Origin: Bacteroidia bacterium
GTDB taxonomy: Bacteria > Bacteroidota > Bacteroidia > AKYH767-A > OLB10
DNA length: 64,000 nt
Assembly (NCBI GenBank): GCA_020847635.1
Contig: JADLBQ010000051.1
Coordinates: 2,975 to 66,974, forward strand
Direction of reading: 5' to 3'
Numbering within the stretch: the first letter of the stretch is position 1; each line of letters starts with the position of its first letter. The position numbers and the translations under genes are program-made. Under the pieces are notes generated by a model that saw only the letters and a program-made list of their open reading frames with translations, had not been told where the DNA came from and ran no database searches. This document shows positions 47,735 through 56,541 of this stretch, in pieces.

Positions 47735-48406
47735 ATGAGATTCGCTTTCTTGAGTACTGTTTTACTGATTTTAACTCTGCAGGTTTCACCAGCGCAAAAC
47801 AAAACAAATTCAATAAAAAAAGAACCAATGGTACAGATTTCGACTGATTACGGAACTATTAAAATCAAGCTCTATAATGAAACCCCCAAGCACAGGGATA
47901 ACTTCCTGAAGCTGGCTCGTGAAGGGTTTTATGACGGCACATTATTTCACAGGGTTATTCAGGGCTTTATGATACAGGGAGGTGACCCTCAATCCAGGAA
48001 TGCACCTGCCGGGCAGCCACTTGGTATGGGCGATGTAGGTTATACTGTACCTGCAGAATTTAACCCTACACTGATTCATAAAAAAGGAGCTTTATGCGCA
48101 GCAAGAACCGAGAACCCGGCAAAAGCCTCAAGCGGATGCCAGTTTTATATAGTTCAGGGGAAAACTTATTCTGACAGTGAACTTGATCAAATGCAGACTC
48201 AGACCGGAATTAAATATACTCCTGCTCAACGTGAAACCTACAAGAAAACCGGAGGTACACCCTTCCTTGATATGAACTATACTGTTTACGGAGAAGTTGT
48301 TCAAGGAATGGATGTGATTGATAAGATTGCTGCAGCACCAACAAACCGCCAGGCAGGTGATCGTCCGGTTAAAGATATTAGAATGACTGTGAAAGTGGTC
48401 GAATAA
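47735..48406 (+). CDS. peptidylprolyl isomerase (cyclophilin type), exported
   Basis: Signal peptide followed by FHRVIQGFMIQGGDP and a cyclophilin core. Confidence 0.92.
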   Translation: MRFAFLSTVLLILTLQVSPAQNKTNSIKKEPMVQISTDYGTIKIKLYNETPKHRDNFLKLAREGFYDGTLFHRVIQGFMIQGGDPQSRNAPAGQPLGMGDVGYTVPAEFNPTLIHKKGALCAARTENPAKASSGCQFYIVQGKTYSDSELDQMQTQTGIKYTPAQRETYKKTGGTPFLDMNYTVYGEVVQGMDVIDKIAAAPTNRQAGDRPVKDIRMTVKVVE

Positions 48407-48424
48407 TTTTATGAGGAAATACCC

Positions 48425-49459
48425 ATGAGCCGGTTTGATTTTGAAACTCTTCTCAAGGAAGCTGAGTCCTTTTCAGCTGAATCAAAAGAACAGCTTGAAA
48501 ATTTCAGACTCAGATTTCTTTCAAAAAAAGGTATTCTGTCAGAATTGTTTTCAAAAATGAAGGATGTTGAGCCTGCTCAACGAAAGGCTTTTGGCCAGCA
48601 AATAAATACCCTCAAGAAAAAGATTGAAGAGCGGTTTGAAGAATTCAGGTATTTATATGACCAACCCGTTGTTACTTCAGTGCCTGCCGATGTAACCTTA
48701 CCGGGTGAAGCTTTTTTAACCGGATCACACCATCCTGTTAACCTGGTAAGAAAAAAAATTATTCATCTTTTTTCTCATATCGGATTTAATATAAGTGAAG
48801 GTCCGGAAATTGAAGACGACTGGCATAACTTTTCAGCACTCAATTTCCCGGAAGACCATCCTGCACGTGATATGCAGGATACATTTTTTATTCTTGGCGA
48901 AAACGCTGCAGCAGCAGAGAGTTTTGCTCTGCGGACTCATACTTCATCTGTACAGGTACGTGTGATGGAAACAACTAAACCACCAGTTCGCACAATTAGC
49001 CCGGGCAGGGTTTACCGTAATGAAGCGATCTCTGCCAGAGCACATTGTTTTTTTCATCAGGTTGAAGGCTTGTATATTGACGAAGATGTTTCATTTGCTG
49101 ATCTGAAACAGACATTGCTCTATTTTGCCCGTGAAATGTTTGGAAGTGATTCTGAGATACGGTTGCGGCCATCCTATTTCCCCTTTACCGAACCCAGTGC
49201 CGAAATGGATGTATCGTGCTTTCTGTGCAAAGGAAAAGGCTGTAACGTATGCAAGCATACCGGCTGGGTAGAAATTCTGGGTTGTGGAATGGTGCATCCC
49301 AACGTACTTGATAATTGCAAAATTGACAGTACTAAATTCACCGGTTTTGCTTTCGGAATGGGGATCGAAAGGATTGCCATGCTGCTTTACGGGATCAACG
49401 ATCTTCGGCTATTTTCACAAAATGATGTTCGTTTTCTTCAGCAGTTTGCCGGGATATAA
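48425..49459 (+). CDS. pheS: phenylalanine--tRNA ligase alpha subunit
   Basis: 344 aa with class II motifs (HPARDMQDTF, GRVYRNE, FHQVEG, GFAFGMGIERIAM). Confidence 0.96.
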   Translation: MSRFDFETLLKEAESFSAESKEQLENFRLRFLSKKGILSELFSKMKDVEPAQRKAFGQQINTLKKKIEERFEEFRYLYDQPVVTSVPADVTLPGEAFLTGSHHPVNLVRKKIIHLFSHIGFNISEGPEIEDDWHNFSALNFPEDHPARDMQDTFFILGENAAAAESFALRTHTSSVQVRVMETTKPPVRTISPGRVYRNEAISARAHCFFHQVEGLYIDEDVSFADLKQTLLYFAREMFGSDSEIRLRPSYFPFTEPSAEMDVSCFLCKGKGCNVCKHTGWVEILGCGMVHPNVLDNCKIDSTKFTGFAFGMGIERIAMLLYGINDLRLFSQNDVRFLQQFAGI

Positions 49460-49528
49460 TCTGTCGGCCCGAATTTACTTTGCCTGAATAACTTGCAACC
49501 TTCAGTTTTCAGCCGGATCGATACCCTC

Positions 49529-50206
49529 TTATCTTAATTTGAATACAATGGGCAGATTGAAATAAGAGCCTACCGGACTTCCGTCATAATTTTTCCCGGG
49601 AATCCAGGCCGGCATCCTTTCAACAACTCTGACTGCCTCATTATCCAGCCACGGATGTACTCCTCCTCTAACAGTTACCTGACTCACCAGGCCATTTTCA
49701 TCAATCCAGAAATTAATATAAACAACTCCTTCAACACCCACTTTAACTGCTTTAGGATTATACCTGATGCTATCCTTCAGATAGTTATATAAAGCACTTA
49801 AACCCCCATTAAATTCAGGTAATACTGGCGGGATAAACTCAAAATTGTTTACTGCTGGCAGGTTGGAGCCAGACGGTTTGGGTTGCGCATCTGCCGGATC
49901 CGAATGGTCAATCTGATTCTCTACCGCTGGCGGAACAATCCGAATCTGAGATTTGGTTTGAACCGGTAAGCTGGGGCTTGTTTTTATAACCTTGGGCCCG
50001 GTATGCTTAATGACCTGATCCGGAATCGGTAAATGAATAAGTATTTGATCTTCCAGTTTATTATCCGCAAGATGAACGATCGGTAGACGGGAAGTAATTG
50101 TTAAATGGAGGATACCCCAAATTAGCAGTAAGGAAAGAGTCAGCCCGATTTGAAAAAACAGCCCACGCTTTCTTTCCAGTTTCCGGATTTCAGATATGGT
50201 TTCCAT
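49529..50206 (-). CDS. energy transducer TonB
   Basis: N-terminal TM anchor, Pro-rich linker, and a C-terminal TonB domain (PEFNGG...GVEGVVYINFWIDENG). Confidence 0.85.
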   Translation of the reverse strand: METISEIRKLERKRGLFFQIGLTLSLLLIWGILHLTITSRLPIVHLADNKLEDQILIHLPIPDQVIKHTGPKVIKTSPSLPVQTKSQIRIVPPAVENQIDHSDPADAQPKPSGSNLPAVNNFEFIPPVLPEFNGGLSALYNYLKDSIRYNPKAVKVGVEGVVYINFWIDENGLVSQVTVRGGVHPWLDNEAVRVVERMPAWIPGKNYDGSPVGSYFNLPIVFKLR

Positions 50207-50231
50207 GACACATGTTTTTAAGATACTTTTC

Positions 50232-50361
50232 TTATTAAGAGATGTTACTATCCCGATTTTCCATACAACTGTTAATCAATAAATACTTTCAACTAACATT
50301 ATAATCTGTTAATTCACGAAATTGCGGGCGCCTGTGCCATTTAAAACAGATCTCTTAATAA
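50232..50361. repeat. 12-nt inverted repeat pair TTATTAAGAGAT (50232-50243) / ATCTCTTAATAA (50350-50361)
   Basis: Read directly. In each gene's own sense orientation, the same 12-mer ATCTCTTAATAA precedes the divergent tonB (ends 25 nt before its ATG) and the CxxCH lipoprotein gene (ends 6 nt before its ATG). Confidence 0.6.
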
Positions 50362-50367
50362 TCAATA

Positions 50368-50733
50368 ATGAAACTCTTGGCCTTTAATCTTCTAGCCGCT
50401 GTTTTCCTGGTTACCATTCAGGGCTGCTATTATGATGTTGCTGAGGAAATGTATCCAACTGAACCCTGCGATGCAACTGACTTTTCATACAGTTCGTCCA
50501 TCAGTTCAATAATTCAAGCTAATTGCCTTGCGTGCCATTCAACATCTATGGCACAGGGAAATGTAATTCTTACCAATTATGATAACTTAAAATTTTATGG
50601 TCAAAACGGAGAATTACTAGGCTCTGTCCGGCATGACCCAGGTTACTCAGAAATGCCTAAAGACGGTATTAAACTCAAAGCCTGTGATATAAAAAAAATA
50701 GAGCTTTGGGTTACTAACGGATATCCTAAGTAA
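50368..50733 (+). CDS. small heme-binding (CxxCH) lipoprotein, c-type cytochrome-like
   Basis: Lipobox TIQGC, CLACH heme-attachment motif and a downstream SEMPKDG (possible Met ligand). Confidence 0.65.
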   Translation: MKLLAFNLLAAVFLVTIQGCYYDVAEEMYPTEPCDATDFSYSSSISSIIQANCLACHSTSMAQGNVILTNYDNLKFYGQNGELLGSVRHDPGYSEMPKDGIKLKACDIKKIELWVTNGYPK

Positions 50734-50737
50734 AGTG

Positions 50738-51160
50738 ATGAAGAAGAAAATTGTAGCCGGGCTGATTATCCTTATTCTGTTAACTGCAGCAGGATGGTAT
50801 TTGTATTCGCTTATTATGAAGCCCCTGTCAAGCCTGGAAGCAGCATCTCCTGAAGTGAAAGTCAGTGCTGACACCCTCTTTGCCAGGTATAATTCAGATG
50901 AAGCGACAAGTGACAGCCTTTATTTGGGTAAAATTTTGCTGGTTTCCGGGATTGTAAAGGAAACCGATTCCGTTTCAGACAGCATATATACAATCTATCT
51001 TGAATCCGGAGATCCTTCAGGATTGATTAGCTGTGAAATGGAACGAGGGCAGGTGGCAGCATTGCAACATTTGAAAGAGGGTGATTCTGTTGTGATTAAA
51101 GGCCGTTGTAACGGTTTTCTGATGGATGTTGTTCTTAATCAATGCCTGATTCAAAATTAA
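50738..51160 (+). CDS. membrane-anchored OB-fold protein (tRNA_anti-like family)
   Basis: N-terminal TM helix, then VSADTLFARYNSDEATSDSLYLGKILLVSGIV.., as in tRNA_anti-like OB-fold proteins. Confidence 0.6.
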   Translation: MKKKIVAGLIILILLTAAGWYLYSLIMKPLSSLEAASPEVKVSADTLFARYNSDEATSDSLYLGKILLVSGIVKETDSVSDSIYTIYLESGDPSGLISCEMERGQVAALQHLKEGDSVVIKGRCNGFLMDVVLNQCLIQN

Positions 51161-51167
51161 TGACCGA

Positions 51168-51746
51168 ATGATGACTAAACGGATTCCCTTTCTACTTGTT
51201 GGATTGATAATTACGAGTTTTCAGGTTTATCCTCAGATTCGCTTTATTTCACGAGACGGAAAGCTGGTGCTGAATGCAGCTACCCCACTGGAGAACACGG
51301 AAGGCTACAGCAGCAAAGCAGCCGGTATTCTTGAGCCTGAAACCGGAAATTTTCAGGCTGCTGTTTTAATGAAGTCCTTTTTATTTAAAAAAGACATGAT
51401 GCAACAGCATTTTAATGAAGATTATGTAGAGTCGGATAAGTTTCCGAAAGCGGTTTTCAAAGGTGTCATTACCAATATCGGTGAAATCAATTTTTCAGTC
51501 AGTGGTGAATATAAAGCTGCTGTTTCAGGGAAAATGGAACTGCATGGTGTAACAAAAGACATCTCCTTAATCGGGCGGGTAATCACAGGATCAGATAGTA
51601 TTACTGTTAAGGCAGTCTTTTATGTAAAACCTGAAGATTATAATATCCGCATACCTGTAATAGTACGTGATAAGATTGCTAACGAAGTGCTCGTGACACT
51701 GGATATGAAAATGAAACGGCTAATCAATCCAAAAGAAAAACCATGA
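51168..51746 (+). CDS. YceI family periplasmic (polyisoprenoid-binding-like) protein
   Basis: Signal peptide and a YceI-like core (..F.G.I....G.M.LHGVTKDISL..). Confidence 0.75.
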   Translation: MMTKRIPFLLVGLIITSFQVYPQIRFISRDGKLVLNAATPLENTEGYSSKAAGILEPETGNFQAAVLMKSFLFKKDMMQQHFNEDYVESDKFPKAVFKGVITNIGEINFSVSGEYKAAVSGKMELHGVTKDISLIGRVITGSDSITVKAVFYVKPEDYNIRIPVIVRDKIANEVLVTLDMKMKRLINPKEKP

Positions 51747-52621
51747 AAAAAATTATACCTGCTATTTGTATTTTCTTTCTTTCCTCTCTGACTGTAATGG
51801 CTCAGGATGAAGTTTCGGGTCTTCTTGAAAACGGTAAGGCTGAAAAAGTGAGAAATTCATTCAAATCAACCCGGGTGATTATGGGACAAAGTACTGAAAT
51901 GTTAGCCCCCGGCACACTCGACTTCAGAATTCTGCACCGCTTCGGGATGCTGAGTGAAGGTGCTTATGAAATGTTCGGACTTGATAAAGCCTCCATTCGT
52001 CTGGGTTTTGATTATGCCATTAGTAACCGGTTTACCGTTGGAATTGGAAGAAGCAGTTCAAAAAAGGAAACTGATGCATTTGTTAAAACCCGACTGCTAT
52101 GGCAAACTACCGGTTCTGGTAGTTTTCCTTTTGCACTCACTTTGGTAGATGGTATAACCGTAAATGGGCTTAAATGGCAAAATCCTGAACAACATCATTA
52201 CTTTACTTCACGACTGGTATATTTTCATCAGTTAATAATTGCCAGAAAATTCAATGATGTTTTTACGCTTCAGCTTTCACCAACCTATCTGCACCGGAAC
52301 ATCGTTGATCTTTCAACTCAGAAGAATGATATAGGAGCATTAGGATTAGGAACCCGGATTAAACTAACAAAGCGGCTGGCTGCCAACATTGACTATTATT
52401 ATGTCCCCCGCCAGGGAAGTGAGCAGTTCATCAGTCCATTGTCTGTTGGTTTTGATATTGAAACCGGAGGGCATGTTTTTCAGCTCCATTTTACCAATGC
52501 CCTGGGGATGAATGAACGGGCTTTTCTAACAGACACGACCGGCAAATGGAACAAAGGTGATATTCACTTTGGTTTTAATATCTCACGGGTATTTACTATT
52601 GGCGGCAACGCTAAAAAATAA
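51743..52621 (+). CDS. small outer-membrane beta-barrel protein (DUF5777-like)
   Basis: Signal peptide MKKIIPAICIFFLSSLTVMAQ, alternating beta-strand pattern, and C-terminal aromatic residues (FGFNISRVFTIGG). It overlaps yceI by 4 nt. Confidence 0.6.
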   Translation: MKKIIPAICIFFLSSLTVMAQDEVSGLLENGKAEKVRNSFKSTRVIMGQSTEMLAPGTLDFRILHRFGMLSEGAYEMFGLDKASIRLGFDYAISNRFTVGIGRSSSKKETDAFVKTRLLWQTTGSGSFPFALTLVDGITVNGLKWQNPEQHHYFTSRLVYFHQLIIARKFNDVFTLQLSPTYLHRNIVDLSTQKNDIGALGLGTRIKLTKRLAANIDYYYVPRQGSEQFISPLSVGFDIETGGHVFQLHFTNALGMNERAFLTDTTGKWNKGDIHFGFNISRVFTIGGNAKK

Positions 52622-52720
52622 TTCCTTTATCATTCCGGTATACCGGCAGACAATGCCCGTTATTCGTAATAAGTCATCCGGGTGAAAGAATAAATAAAAA
52701 ATACAGGAGGGTTAATTATC

Positions 52721-52728
52721 TATTTTTG
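52721..52728 (+). promoter_or_regulatory. -7 promoter box TATTTTTG
   Basis: Exact TAnnTTTG match ending 8 nt before the panD ATG at 52736. Confidence 0.45.
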
Positions 52729-52735
52729 CCTGCTT

Positions 52736-53089
52736 ATGATGATTCAGATTGTAAAGTCGAAAATTCACCGCGCTATTGTTACCCAGGCCGAACTCCATTA
52801 TATCGGAAGCATTACTATTGATGAAGCCTTGATGGAGGCTGCCAACCTGATTGAAAATGAATTGGTGCAGGTGCTGAATATTAACAATGGCTCACGGTTT
52901 GAAACCTATGTGATTAGAGGAGAACGAAACAGTGGTGTGATATGCCTGAATGGTCCGGCTGCACGCCTGGCCCAGATTGGTGATCCGGTCATTGTAATTT
53001 CCTATGCAGCAATGGACTTTGAAGAGGCAAAATTTTTTAAGCCCTCTCTGGTTTTCCCCGATTCAAATAACCGGATTCCTGCTAAGTGA
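52736..53089 (+). CDS. panD: aspartate 1-decarboxylase
   Basis: 117 aa with [18 protein letters not shown], including the Gly-Ser self-cleavage site. Confidence 0.95.
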   Translation: MMIQIVKSKIHRAIVTQAELHYIGSITIDEALMEAANLIENELVQVLNINNGSRFETYVIRGERNSGVICLNGPAARLAQIGDPVIVISYAAMDFEEAKFFKPSLVFPDSNNRIPAK

Positions 53090-54075
53090 TATCAACAACC
53101 CTGAAAAGAACCTTAAAATACCTTCTGTTACTCGGCATTGGTGGATTCCTGCTATGGCTTTCCTTCAGAGGTCATGATTTAAGTGATATCGCAAAAAAGA
53201 TTTCTAATGCTCGGCCTCTATACTTAATTTTATCGGCAATTGCCGGATTTGTTGCATTTCTGCTCAGGTCTTACCGTTGGAATATGCTGATCGAGCCAAT
53301 GGGGTATCATTCGGGATTTTTAAATGCCAGCTATGCCCTGGGGATAGGTTACTTTGCTAATCTGGCCATCCCCCGGATTGGTGAAATAACCCGTTGTGGA
53401 GTATTGGGTAAAGCCGAAAATATTCCGGTAGAAAAATTGATTGGAACCGTTATTACTGAAAGACTGATTGACCTGGCTATGTTGTTTTTCAGTATTATTC
53501 TGGTAGGTACTCTTCAATATGACTTGCTGACCCGATTCCTGAAAGAGAAAGTTTTTGTCCGGCCACCGGAAGAAACTGCCGGCTCGGCAAATACAGTTCT
53601 ATATCTCATAGCAGGCAGTATCGTTTGTTGTGTCCTGATTCTGCTGGTGTCGAAAAATAACCGTATTGTTGCTCTAAGAGAAAAAGGAGTCCTTCTTCTC
53701 CGGGGTGTTTATAAGGGATTGATTTCAATACTTGAAATCAGGAATAAGCTTATGTTTCTGGTTCATACCTTGTTGATCTGGGCACTCTATTTTATTTCCA
53801 CATATTTATGCTTTTTTGCACTTGAATCAACTCAGAATCTGGGTGTCAGCGAAGGATTGTTCATTCTTGTAGCTGGCGGGTTAGGCATGTCTGCTCCGGT
53901 TCAGGGAGGTATCGGAGCTTATCATTATATTGTATCTCAGGCGTTGGTTTTATTCGGAATTTCACAGGTTGATGGAATCACCTATGCCACATTAGTCCAC
54001 TCCCTTCAGCTTGCACTTATTATTGTTGTTGGCCTATTTTCACTTTTTATGATTGCCAGAAATAAGAAAAAATGA
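53086..54075 (+). CDS. lysylphosphatidylglycerol-synthase TM-domain (UPF0104, flippase-like) membrane protein
   Basis: 329 aa with about 8 TM helices and [10 protein letters not shown]. No aminoacyl-transferase domain is present. It overlaps panD by 4 nt. Confidence 0.75.
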   Translation: MISTTLKRTLKYLLLLGIGGFLLWLSFRGHDLSDIAKKISNARPLYLILSAIAGFVAFLLRSYRWNMLIEPMGYHSGFLNASYALGIGYFANLAIPRIGEITRCGVLGKAENIPVEKLIGTVITERLIDLAMLFFSIILVGTLQYDLLTRFLKEKVFVRPPEETAGSANTVLYLIAGSIVCCVLILLVSKNNRIVALREKGVLLLRGVYKGLISILEIRNKLMFLVHTLLIWALYFISTYLCFFALESTQNLGVSEGLFILVAGGLGMSAPVQGGIGAYHYIVSQALVLFGISQVDGITYATLVHSLQLALIIVVGLFSLFMIARNKKK

Positions 54076-54584
54076 ATCAATCAAACCTGGTGAAAGCAAA
54101 AATTCACTCTAATGTCAGCTCGATTAATAACGAGCTAAACCGCTTAAAATTCTTTAATAAAAAGATTGTCTTTACAAACGGCTGTTTTGATCTTCTGCAT
54201 CGGGGCCATATTGATTACCTGATTAAGGCGGCAGCCCTAGGTGACTTTCTTATCATCGGGTTAAATACCGATACTTCGGTGAGCAGGATTAAAGGTCCCT
54301 CCCGGCCGATTAATGATGAGTATTCTCGAGCTTTAATCCTTGCTTCCCTGCGCTATGTAGATGCAGTCATCCTTTTTGATGATATAACTCCATATCATCT
54401 GATCAAATATATTCTTCCGGATGTCCTGGTTAAAGGTGCGGATTACCAAACTGAAGAAATTGTTGGATTTGACATTGTCAGTAAATATGGAGGACAGGTT
54501 CAGACAATCGAGTTTCTTGAAGGCTACTCAACCACTCTGATTGAAAAGAAAATAATCCAATCAACCAAAAATAATCCCGGCTAA
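54072..54584 (+). CDS. cytidylyltransferase-fold protein, RfaE domain II-like (D-glycero-beta-D-manno-heptose 1-phosphate adenylyltransferase)
   Basis: 170 aa with FTNGCFDLLHRGHIDYL (HxGH) and VKGADY. No kinase domain is present. It overlaps the upstream gene by 4 nt. Confidence 0.8.
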   Translation: MNQSNLVKAKIHSNVSSINNELNRLKFFNKKIVFTNGCFDLLHRGHIDYLIKAAALGDFLIIGLNTDTSVSRIKGPSRPINDEYSRALILASLRYVDAVILFDDITPYHLIKYILPDVLVKGADYQTEEIVGFDIVSKYGGQVQTIEFLEGYSTTLIEKKIIQSTKNNPG

Positions 54585-54636
54585 AAAAAGTTTATTAAAA
54601 AAACAGCTGAAGTTCAATCTGTTATTGAAAAACATG

Positions 54637-54644
54637 TAGGTTTG
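54637..54644 (+). promoter_or_regulatory. -7 promoter box TAGGTTTG
   Basis: Exact TAnnTTTG match ending 5 nt before ATG 54649. Confidence 0.45.
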
Positions 54645-54648
54645 TAAC

Positions 54649-55077
54649 ATGTCAAAAATCAGACACCTTGTAATGTCGGTTGTATGGATGTTGCTGCTAT
54701 TCTTTTTAGTGTCCTGTGAAAACAACCAATGGTTTCGTTCTGAAAAAACATTGAAAAAATTGATTCAAGGTGTTTGGAAACGTGAATATTTTACCATTAC
54801 TGAATTTGAAGAAAGATGGACTTTCAATGACGGTAAGGTGACCATTGTAATTGACAATTTTAATACCGGGAAAAAAGACACAAACAGCGGAACTTACTCA
54901 ATTAACGCAAAAATCTTTTCCTCAAGTTTAACAACTGAAGGATTTACCGATACTATAAACCCTGGTTTTTATAATAATAAATTTACCATTGTTGAACTTG
55001 ATGAGAAAGTATTGCTGCTGGTAGCAAACAACCAGGCCGGGGCTATCATTCAGCATGAATTCAGTAAAAAAAATTAG
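54649..55077 (+). CDS. hypothetical lipoprotein (lipocalin-like size)
   Basis: Lipobox LVSC. 142 aa, no other motif recognised. Confidence 0.55.
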   Translation: MSKIRHLVMSVVWMLLLFFLVSCENNQWFRSEKTLKKLIQGVWKREYFTITEFEERWTFNDGKVTIVIDNFNTGKKDTNSGTYSINAKIFSSSLTTEGFTDTINPGFYNNKFTIVELDEKVLLLVANNQAGAIIQHEFSKKN

Positions 55078-55086
55078 CCTTCATTC

Positions 55087-56451
55087 ATGGCTAAAGTAAA
55101 AACAATCTTTATCTGTCAGAATTGTGGTATCCAGTCCTCAAAATGGATTGGCAAATGTCCCTCCTGCAATGAGTGGAACACTTTTACGGAAGAACTGCTT
55201 GTAACCGAAGAAAAACTCAGTTCCCGGGGAAAAAAGTTCCGAGCTTCGGCACCTGTTAAAATTACAAGTATTGAAGCCGGGAAAGAGCAGCGGCTTCAAA
55301 TGCCAGACAAGGAACTTAATCGGGTTTTGGGTGGTGGATTAGTTCTCGGCTCATTAATTTTAATTGGTGGTGAGCCCGGAATCGGTAAATCAACCTTATT
55401 GCTGCAAACTGCCTTACGACTTAAGGATACTTCTGTTCTTTACATCTCAGGAGAAGAGAGTCAACAACAGATAAAATTAAGAGCTGACCGCATTGGCATT
55501 CATAACAGCGAATGCATGGTACTTACTGAAGTTACTCTTGAATTAATCTTCAAACACCTGGAAACAGTAAATCCAGATATTATCATTGTTGACTCAGTTC
55601 AAACCTTGTATTCCGAAAAAATTGAATCTGCCCCCGGCTCTGTTTCACAAATCAGAGAATGTGCTGCTGCCCTGATGCGTTATGCCAAAGACAGTGGCAC
55701 TGCTATTCTTCTGATTGGTCATATCACCAAAGAAGGAGTCATTGCCGGACCAAAAATTCTTGAACACATGGTTGATACGGTACTTCAGTTTGAAGGAGAT
55801 AGGAATTACCTGTTCAGGTTACTCCGTTCTTCAAAAAACCGTTTTGGATCAACAGCAGAAATAGGAATTTATGAGATGCATGATAATGGATTAAGCGAAG
55901 TTCTGAATCCCTCTGAAATCCTGCTCCCTGAGCGTGAAGAATTTCTAAGTGGTGTAGCCACTGCCTGTACAATGGATGGTTTAAGGCCTATGCTGATTGA
56001 AGCACAAGCACTTGTCAGCAGTGCAGTTTATGGAATACCACAACGTTCTTCCACCGGCTTTGACACACGCAGAATGAATATGCTACTGGCTGTTCTTGAA
56101 AAACGATGTGGATTCATGCTCGGTGCTAAAGATGTTTTTCTCAATATTACCGGAGGCTTAAGGGTTGATGATCCTGCCACTGACCTGGCTATATCGTGTG
56201 CCATACTCTCGTCTGACCAGGATATAGCAATCCATCCTAAAACCTGTTTTGCAGCAGAAGTTGGATTGTCTGGAGAAATAAGACCAGTAAACCGGATTGA
56301 ACAGCGAATCAATGAAGCAGAAAAGTTGGGTTTCAAACACATTTATTTTTCAAAATACAATCAACCTTCAACAGCTAAAATAAAAGCTGCAAAAATCAAA
56401 TTGCATCCGATTAGTAAGATTGAAGATGTGTTTTCAGGGCTTTTCGGCTGA
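55087..56451 (+). CDS. radA: DNA repair protein RadA
   Basis: 454 aa. N-terminal zinc ribbon (CQNCG..CPSC), Walker A GEPGIGKST, the KNRFG motif and a Lon-like C-terminal domain. Confidence 0.96.
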   Translation: MAKVKTIFICQNCGIQSSKWIGKCPSCNEWNTFTEELLVTEEKLSSRGKKFRASAPVKITSIEAGKEQRLQMPDKELNRVLGGGLVLGSLILIGGEPGIGKSTLLLQTALRLKDTSVLYISGEESQQQIKLRADRIGIHNSECMVLTEVTLELIFKHLETVNPDIIIVDSVQTLYSEKIESAPGSVSQIRECAAALMRYAKDSGTAILLIGHITKEGVIAGPKILEHMVDTVLQFEGDRNYLFRLLRSSKNRFGSTAEIGIYEMHDNGLSEVLNPSEILLPEREEFLSGVATACTMDGLRPMLIEAQALVSSAVYGIPQRSSTGFDTRRMNMLLAVLEKRCGFMLGAKDVFLNITGGLRVDDPATDLAISCAILSSDQDIAIHPKTCFAAEVGLSGEIRPVNRIEQRINEAEKLGFKHIYFSKYNQPSTAKIKAAKIKLHPISKIEDVFSGLFG

Positions 56452-56541
56452 ATCTTATAATATCATTGTACGAATTTTCATTACTTCTGATTTTTTATTT
56501 GCTTTTCTTCTACTTTTAGCATCCAATCAAACCAGGATTCT

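Noticed and set aside
50269-50313. Direct repeat CTGTTAAT twice, 37 nt apart, in the tonB / CxxCH-operon intergenic region
   Set aside because: An 8-mer repeat within about 160 nt of AT-rich sequence has a chance probability of about 0.2, so it is not distinguishable from noise. The 12-nt inverted pair in the same region is reported instead.
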